64,000 nucleotides of DNA from Elusimicrobiota bacterium (GTDB lineage: Bacteria > Elusimicrobiota > Elusimicrobia > F11). Both the position numbers and the translations under genes were made by a program. The notes under the pieces are model-generated. The model had not been told where the DNA came from, made no database searches, and saw only the letters and a list, made by a program, of their open reading frames with translations. Positions within the stretch are counted from its first letter, which is position 1; each line of letters begins with the position of its first letter. This document shows positions 58,701 to 64,000 of the stretch, piece after piece. The stretch is taken from the NCBI GenBank assembly GCA_044221725.1, contig JBGAON010000003.1, positions 160,001 to 224,000 on the forward strand, read 5' to 3'.

Positions 58701-61700
58701 TTGTTGCGGCCGGCAATCACGGTACCGTGGACACCCGCGTATACCTTTACAATCCGAACACGAAGAAATTTTCGCTCGGACAAACCTTGACCGAACAAAT
58801 GGATGACGCATCGGTGGCCATGGCCGATTATGATCAGGATGGTTTTCTTGATCTTGCCGTAAAGGGTCGACTCCTTCCGAACTCTGCCACGTCCAATCGC
58901 GTGTTCATTTATCGGAACAAAGGAAACAATCAAACTCCGACGAGCCAATTTTTCGCGCCAATCGATTCGCGCAGCATCGATCCCAATTTTGACACCGGAA
59001 CCTTCGGTGAGATTAAGTGGGCCGATTACAACGCCGATGGCACGCAAGACCTTATTGTGTTGGGCCCGATTTCCGGTTCGTTCATCGGACTTACCGCGTT
59101 ACGCAACGATGACGTTGACCATTCGTTTTCACCGGTATTGTTATCCAGCGAAACCGCGGGCACGATTGGCGGATCGATGGCGTGGGCGGATGTTGACAAT
59201 GACGGAGATTTGGATGTGGCGATCGCTACCTCACGCAACACGTCCGTGCTCATGAACGATGGAAATGGAAATTTCACGAAGAAATGGGCATCCGAGGGAC
59301 TTGCGGGTTCCGCTGTGGCCTGGGGCGATTTTGATAACGACGGCTTTTGGGATTTGGCGGTTTCCGGTTACGCGTCGGCGGCGGCGCAAGCGCGACTAAA
59401 AGTTTTTCCAGGCGACGGCGCTTTCAATTTCGATATGCGAACCATGACGATGTCGACCGGCACGTATTCCGGAAGCTCGCTCGCCGGAATGCTCGCGTGG
59501 GTGGATTTGGACAACGACGGTTACCCGGAACTTATCGCGTCGGGGCAGACCTCCACAAAACCCACCGATCCGAAACGGTTCATGATTTTCTCCAACAAGT
59601 TTGCGTCGACACCTGCGAATCCTTTGCAGATTGTCGAGCATCCGTTCGGAAAGGATTTCGGCGTCTATAACGGTGGCTTGGCCGCCGGAGATATGGGCAA
59701 CGACGGCGACGCCGATCTGCTTCTGCTGGGACTTCAATCCACCTCAAGCGGTGCCGATATCCAACGATTGGCGTTGCTCGAAAATTTGCAAGCAGACGCG
59801 GGTGTTGGTTCCATTAACTGGGCGCCGCCCACGAACAACTTGAGCACCACGTTCGACTCTGTCTCGGGAATCGTTACGTTTCATTGGAACGTGCCCGCCG
59901 CGCCAGCCGGCGTTGATAGCGCGCTCGCGCGCGGTCTCTCCTACAATTTGACCGTTACGAATCTGTCGACGGGGAAAATTGTTGTTTCGTCGGCCATCGC
60001 GACGCCACTTCTCGGAAATTATTTAACGCATGGACAGAATTCTGTGGCGTGGTCGCTTCATTTGCCGGACGCGACAAGTTATCAATGGCGTGTTCAAACT
60101 GTGGATCCGTCGCTCCACCGAAGCGCATTTTCCGCGGCCCAAACTGTCACGGTTCCCGCAATTCCTCCGGCGCCCGTTACCGATTTGTCGGCGACCGCCG
60201 GCGCCCAAGTACGTCTCACGTGGACGGCGCCCGGAGACGACGGACAAAGTGGAACCGTCACGAAGTACCGAATTTATTTCTCTCCCAATTCGTTCGCTAA
60301 CGTGACCGATGCGGGCGTTTCGCTTGTGGCAATCGCAGCGGCCGGTGCAAATCCGCCGTTCGTGCGCGGGGGGCTCACCGAATCTCGCGACATCACAGGC
60401 CTTGTTCCTGGAACGCTCTATTATTTCCGCGTGCTCGGCGAAGACCGCAACGGCGTTGTTTCTAATTTGCCGAACAGCATCGCTTCGGCAAAGGCCACTC
60501 ATTTCAGTTCGGAACTTGTAACCGGTTTCACGGGAATCGCCGAAGGCCAGCTCGCAATCGGTCAGCTTAACAACGACGCGCGGTTTGATGTGGCCGAGAT
60601 CGGAATGGGACCGTCCGCCTTGGCGTTCCATGCTCTCATCGGTCAAGCGGCCGGAGGATTTTCCCAGACAACCATCGGTGCGGGTCTGAAGGACAGCGCG
60701 CTTACGCTCGTGGACATTGACCGCAACGGAAGTATCGACGCGCTCGTTTCCGGACTGGATACCAATCAAAATCCAACAACAAAACTTTATTTGAACACGA
60801 ACGGCACATTCACTGGTTCGAATATAGCGCTGCCGGCGATGAGCCGCGGCGGTTATGCGGTTGGTGATATCGATAATGATGGCGATTTGGACATTGTTGC
60901 GGTGGGTGCTGGTGTGAACGGTGTCCGACTCTACGAAAACGTCAACATGAACAACGCCTTCCAAATCAACACCGCGAAAAAACTTTTCAATGTGTCCTTC
61001 TCGTCGGGGGCGGCGGTTGCGTTGGCCGATGTGGATGGCGACGGAACGCTCGATATCGTGGTGGCGGGTTTCGACGGCACGCGCGCGCGCTTCATGGTTC
61101 TCAAACAAACCAACGGCGTATTCTCAATTTATAACGAGCCTTTCGGCCCGTTGGATGGTTACACAAACGCTTCGCTCTGCTGGGCGGACGTAAATCTCGA
61201 TGGCAAATGGGATTTGGTTGTCAGCGGTCAAAGACAAGGTGCGAATTCCGAAATCGCGATTTTTGAAGGGACCGGCAATCCTGCCACGCCGTTCATCTAC
61301 CATCCGTTCAACACGCCGGGAACCAGCCAACCGTTGAATTCGGGGAATTCCGGTGCGGGCGCGCTCGCGGTGGGCGATATCAATAACGATGGATATCCGG
61401 ACATCACGGTCGCGGGGCTCGATCCGCAAGCGAACAAAGGCCGCTTGTTTGTTTACTTAAACAGCGGCGCCGCTTTGCCCGCGGGTGCAATTTCCTGGAG
61501 TGTTGAAGAACCGTTGGGGCCGGGCTTTGGATTGACGAAGGCATCGCTGGCGCTGGCCGATGTTGATAACGATGGTGATTTGGATCTGGTCGCAATGGGC
61601 TTGGACAATTCGTCGAAACGCGTCGTGAAATATTTTAAGAACCTTCAGGTCGAAAGCGGTTTGCCCGCGAACGCGGCGCCCACGCAACCGGCTCTGAGCT

Positions 61701-64000
61701 ACACCGTGAACGGCGCGCTTGCGACGTTCCGTTGGGACATTGGAAACGCCAGCGAAGTGGATAAGAAAGCGCTCACCTACGATTTGGCGATCACGTATCG
61801 CACCGGCGGTAACACTTACACGATGGTTTCGCCGCAACAAGCGACGCCGATGCAAGGCAACACGCCGATGATTGGTCTTGGTAACACGGCATCCATTTCT
61901 CGCACGCTCGCGCTCAAAGACAACACCACCTATTTCGTAAAAGTCCGATCGATTGATGCGGGACTTCGTGCGAGCGCGTGGTCGAACGAGGTGAGTGTGG
62001 ATTTGTCGAACGTGCCGCCCGGGAACTTCATCGACTTCGCGGTAGCGCCCGCGGCCAAAGCAGAATTGACCTGGACGGCGCCCGGCGGTGATGGTGCGGT
62101 CGGGCAACTCCAGAGCTACGACATCCGCCGATCGAATCAGCCGATCGATCCGGCAGATCTTACGGCGTTCCTCGCGCTGCCCCAAATCCCAAATATTCCG
62201 ACACCGAAAGTGGCCGGTCAACCCGAATCCGTAATGGTCACGGGTCTCGTCACCGGTACCCAATATTATTTTGCGATTCGCGGATACGATGGGACCGGTG
62301 GTTATACGAGTATCGCTACCGCGAATGTTGCGGCGGGCGCGCTCAAGCTGGTTCAAACATTAACGGGGCTCGGTGACACGGCGATAACGGTGGCCGATTA
62401 CAACCGCGATGGTATGAAAGATTTGTTGCTCGCCGGCGATGACGGCGTTCAAGCGTGGAAGGGAAATGGCACGACGTTCACATTGGACTCGCAAGCGAGT
62501 TTTCCTGGACTTCAATCGCCGGCGATTGCCGCGCTCGATTGGGATACCGATGGCAAAATCGACTTTGTCGCGGCCGGCAATCAAACGAACAAGATTGCCT
62601 ATATATATAGGAACAACACGCCAAACAGTCCGGCGTTTGCGACCGTTGTGGGATCATCGATCACCGGATTTACCGAAGGTTCGTTCGCGTGGGGCGACGC
62701 GAACCGCGACGGTGATATGGATCTCGCGGTGGCCGGAAACGGTCTCGATGGAATTTATCTCTATTCAAATGTTTCGCGAGCAAATCCAACGGCACCGTTC
62801 GTTGGTGTGAAAATTTCGAGCGTGGCGTTGAACGGCGGCGCGGCGCTCGCGTGGGGCGATATTGATAACGATGGTATTCCGGACTTGATTGCGACCGGTG
62901 CGGACAGTTCGTTCGTTCCGCGTCTCATGGTGTTGCTGGGTACGGGCAACGGTAACTTCGCAGCTCCGATCGACGTGTTCGTGACCGACGGTTATCGCGA
63001 AGCGGGCGTGGTTGTGACGGACTTTAACGGCGATGGTTTGCCGGATATTGCCATCACAGGTCGTCGTCGCACGGGTCCCTTCACGCAGTTGCTCGCAAAT
63101 CAATCGACGCCGGGCGCCGTTCAATTCAGCGTGTCAAATTTGCCGGCGAGCGGTTTGTCCTCCGGCACAAACGAAACGAGTGGCATTGCGGCCGGCGATT
63201 TGAACAACGACGGAAAAATTGATTTGGCGGTCTCCGGCGTGGATCAGAGCGGAAGCGCGCGGTTAATTATTTATTTGAATCGATTGCCGAGCGCCTGGGA
63301 AATTGTTGAACCGCTGGGACGAAACCAGGGACTATCGAGATCCCGTCTGGCGTTTGTCGATCAAGACGGCGACGGCGATCTGGAGCTCGTTGCGACCGGT
63401 GTCGACGCGCAAAACAACAAGAAACTTCTCGTGTTCAAAAATGAATCCGTTGAAAACGTGGGCCCGAATGGCACGAACATTCGTCCGAACGCGCCCACAT
63501 TGAACGCTCCAAGTTTGAGTGGAAACCAGATTTCATTGACGTGGACGAAGACGTCCGACGCCGGCGTGGCAAATACGCAGACGCCTTCCGATGCGATGAA
63601 TTACGATCTCGAAGTTCTCGAAGCGCCGAACGGCAATCCGACAAACACGAGCGTGTATCTAAGCACCGCGGTGTCGTCGCCATACGCTGGAAATATTTCG
63701 CCAAAGCGCGGTGCGACGCTTTCGTATGTGCTTATCGCGCGCGACAATCACACGTATTCCGCGCGTGTGCGCGCGGTCGACGCGGGGCTGCTGCCCGGCG
63801 TTTGGTCAAACACGCAATCGCAACTCATCGGAATTATTGATCCGGCGCAGATCACCGATCTTACGGCGGTAAGCGGCGCCCAAGTGAATCTCCGCTGGAC
63901 CGCGGTTGGCGCCGACGGAAACGTCGGGACGGCCTCTTCCTATATTTTGCGGTATTGGACGTCGGGAAGCTTTGACACCGGGACAACGGTGCCGTTGCCG
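55703..64000 (+). CDS. giant secreted FG-GAP/VCBS beta-propeller and FN3-like repeat protein (>2766 aa, 3' truncated; not in ORF track)
   Basis: Begins MKRIYSIAVLLFFGAPAFVLA-QTKTW (signal peptide); the track lists no terminated ORF in this frame and the last codons read PAQITDLTAVSGAQVNLRWT...; many WGD.NNDG..DL repeats. Confidence 0.9.
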   Translation, partial: MKRIYSIAVLLFFGAPAFVLAQTKTWVGLGSDNNFGTANNWSPSGVPASNDVLLFDGSSNKPCRLEPVNGTALTIAGLTSVSNSTVTITLAADRRLVVNGDFNLSSGTFIADGFRMDIQGNWTTSKDSVFNCKTSTTIFTGTTVSNIEGSTTFYALQSTQADKLLNFAPLSRTTVLNMVNFQNVSLQCFDPLLTRPWYIVFLGTDQTLNNVTVGNSNASLGATMVADAASTDAGGNQNWAFWSAPPDPVGNLRVYKESQIGLTWSSPLGGADIYEIRISPNPINDTNIADASVAKIILSGSKQPETFAVSLTGLSFNGSYYAAVRSRRSAGQWSGLATGGPAEAGIFAKHSDFGLPNDMLNPILKIADFNSDGVSAIAGGHFMDIAIAGTVAGVPTLRVFRWDPNAAQYVKAFEQSESGSSPMLEWVDLNNDGNLDLIYGDSNSTKIFLNQGSGVRTPAFVDDNGVYSGSLPALSEGTLAVGDANNDGRIDLAFIGKTSSQDTPTVRLIISNGTALSYVNTPLDGTTITNGSIAWGDANRDGKEDLLVVGNESLMLLRNLGNNQFDKPWSTNGLSASAAAWIDMDHDGLLDFAVLGKQNGNPKILVYRNTTQQGIPSFDTPFDLEPGLFAGDFQQAVLAWGDINNDGWSDLLVMGSDGTNRHLIAFLNNDQGANPVQWTKIEPLGAQRGLDNGSLAFGNFDGDGQNNNGDLDFVAAGFDGSRPRLYVFENLTFSAVGNVPNARPAAPTALANSTDGANISFAWQSPTNDETSGTGMMFQIQVATVSFATNPTTLTVPGVHGSPLIGNYPSAFLDDTQRGVKLSLEDGTSYYWRVRAIDSAYAQGAYTEQGPVYLPPVPPNNITDLLAVSGAQISLTWTAPSARGDGLARVKGYEIYKSNTDPAVPINVASPNWTLLLNTTNTVLDPGKIQEMTVTGLTPNTNYWFAIRAYNDKTFAVLPGTASATAGHYQLADDKLVLSSATSRGSVAWGDINNDGYLDFVAAGNHGTVDTRVYLYNPNTKKFSLGQTLTEQMDDASVAMADYDQDGFLDLAVKGRLLPNSATSNRVFIYRNKGNNQTPTSQFFAPIDSRSIDPNFDTGTFGEIKWADYNADGTQDLIVLGPISGSFIGLTALRNDDVDHSFSPVLLSSETAGTIGGSMAWADVDNDGDLDVAIATSRNTSVLMNDGNGNFTKKWASEGLAGSAVAWGDFDNDGFWDLAVSGYASAAAQARLKVFPGDGAFNFDMRTMTMSTGTYSGSSLAGMLAWVDLDNDGYPELIASGQTSTKPTDPKRFMIFSNKFASTPANPLQIVEHPFGKDFGVYNGGLAAGDMGNDGDADLLLLGLQSTSSGADIQRLALLENLQADAGVGSINWAPPTNNLSTTFDSVSGIVTFHWNVPAAPAGVDSALARGLSYNLTVTNLSTGKIVVSSAIATPLLGNYLTHGQNSVAWSLHLPDATSYQWRVQTVDPSLHRSAFSAAQTVTVPAIPPAPVTDLSATAGAQVRLTWTAPGDDGQSGTVTKYRIYFSPNSFANVTDAGVSLVAIAAAGANPPFVRGGLTESRDITGLVPGTLYYFRVLGEDRNGVVSNLPNSIASAKATHFSSELVTGFTGIAEGQLAIGQLNNDARFDVAEIGMGPSALAFHALIGQAAGGFSQTTIGAGLKDSALTLVDIDRNGSIDALVSGLDTNQNPTTKLYLNTNGTFTGSNIALPAMSRGGYAVGDIDNDGDLDIVAVGAGVNGVRLYENVNMNNAFQINTAKKLFNVSFSSGAAVALADVDGDGTLDIVVAGFDGTRARFMVLKQTNGVFSIYNEPFGPLDGYTNASLCWADVNLDGKWDLVVSGQRQGANSEIAIFEGTGNPATPFIYHPFNTPGTSQPLNSGNSGAGALAVGDINNDGYPDITVAGLDPQANKGRLFVYLNSGAALPAGAISWSVEEPLGPGFGLTKASLALADVDNDGDLDLVAMGLDNSSKRVVKYFKNLQVESGLPANAAPTQPALSYTVNGALATFRWDIGNASEVDKKALTYDLAITYRTGGNTYTMVSPQQATPMQGNTPMIGLGNTASISRTLALKDNTTYFVKVRSIDAGLRASAWSNEVSVDLSNVPPGNFIDFAVAPAAKAELTWTAPGGDGAVGQLQSYDIRRSNQPIDPADLTAFLALPQIPNIPTPKVAGQPESVMVTGLVTGTQYYFAIRGYDGTGGYTSIATANVAAGALKLVQTLTGLGDTAITVADYNRDGMKDLLLAGDDGVQAWKGNGTTFTLDSQASFPGLQSPAIAALDWDTDGKIDFVAAGNQTNKIAYIYRNNTPNSPAFATVVGSSITGFTEGSFAWGDANRDGDMDLAVAGNGLDGIYLYSNVSRANPTAPFVGVKISSVALNGGAALAWGDIDNDGIPDLIATGADSSFVPRLMVLLGTGNGNFAAPIDVFVTDGYREAGVVVTDFNGDGLPDIAITGRRRTGPFTQLLANQSTPGAVQFSVSNLPASGLSSGTNETSGIAAGDLNNDGKIDLAVSGVDQSGSARLIIYLNRLPSAWEIVEPLGRNQGLSRSRLAFVDQDGDGDLELVATGVDAQNNKKLLVFKNESVENVGPNGTNIRPNAPTLNAPSLSGNQISLTWTKTSDAGVANTQTPSDAMNYDLEVLEAPNGNPTNTSVYLSTAVSSPYAGNISPKRGATLSYVLIARDNHTYSARVRAVDAGLLPGVWSNTQSQLIGIIDPAQITDLTAVSGAQVNLRWTAVGADGNVGTASSYILRYWTSGSFDTGTTVPLP

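Noticed and set aside
55714..63840. Numerous short ORFs in the track on both strands over the last 8 kb
   Set aside because: They are shadows of the single giant + strand ORF starting at 55703, which the track omits because it has no stop in the window

Overview
Bacterial chromosomal window, probably from an Elusimicrobiota-like lineage (inference from gene content and protein style). It has five blocks. (1) 1-21445: a single-strand, tightly overlapping metabolic superoperon (aroB, M24 peptidase, efp, accBC, gmhA, heptose adenylyltransferase, thiD2-thiE-thiC, thrB, lysC, cimA, a catalytically degenerate IlvD homolog, ilvBNC, psd-pssA, leuA, an FHA protein, leuB). (2) 22563-28354: the top candidate for an undescribed system, a flagellum-free rotary-motor-like operon (secreted TPR protein, FliF-ring/FliG fusion, MotA, two MotB, REC-GGDEF). 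(3) 28524-37456: tRNA-Gly/Thr, tuf, rpmG, tRNA-Trp, secE, nusG, rplK, rplA, running directly into Rieske/cytochrome b/pentaheme cytochrome c and fixCX instead of rplJL-rpoBC. (4) 37522-47455: a 1963-aa membrane polyprotein (sigma70-like, Ser/Thr kinase-like and methyltransferase domains separated by membrane blocks with CPBP-protease-like motifs), followed by reverse-strand squalene synthase, HD-GYP and HEAT genes. (5) 47576-64000: FtsH-like protease, orphan periplasmic adaptor, four two-component genes, and a >2766-aa secreted FG-GAP/FN3 repeat protein that runs off the window and is absent from the ORF track. Both giant genes have the same promoter layout: four 11-bp-spaced TT(A/T/C)A repeats, the last starting 15 bp before a -10 box. 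All calls come from reading motifs by eye; no searches were run.
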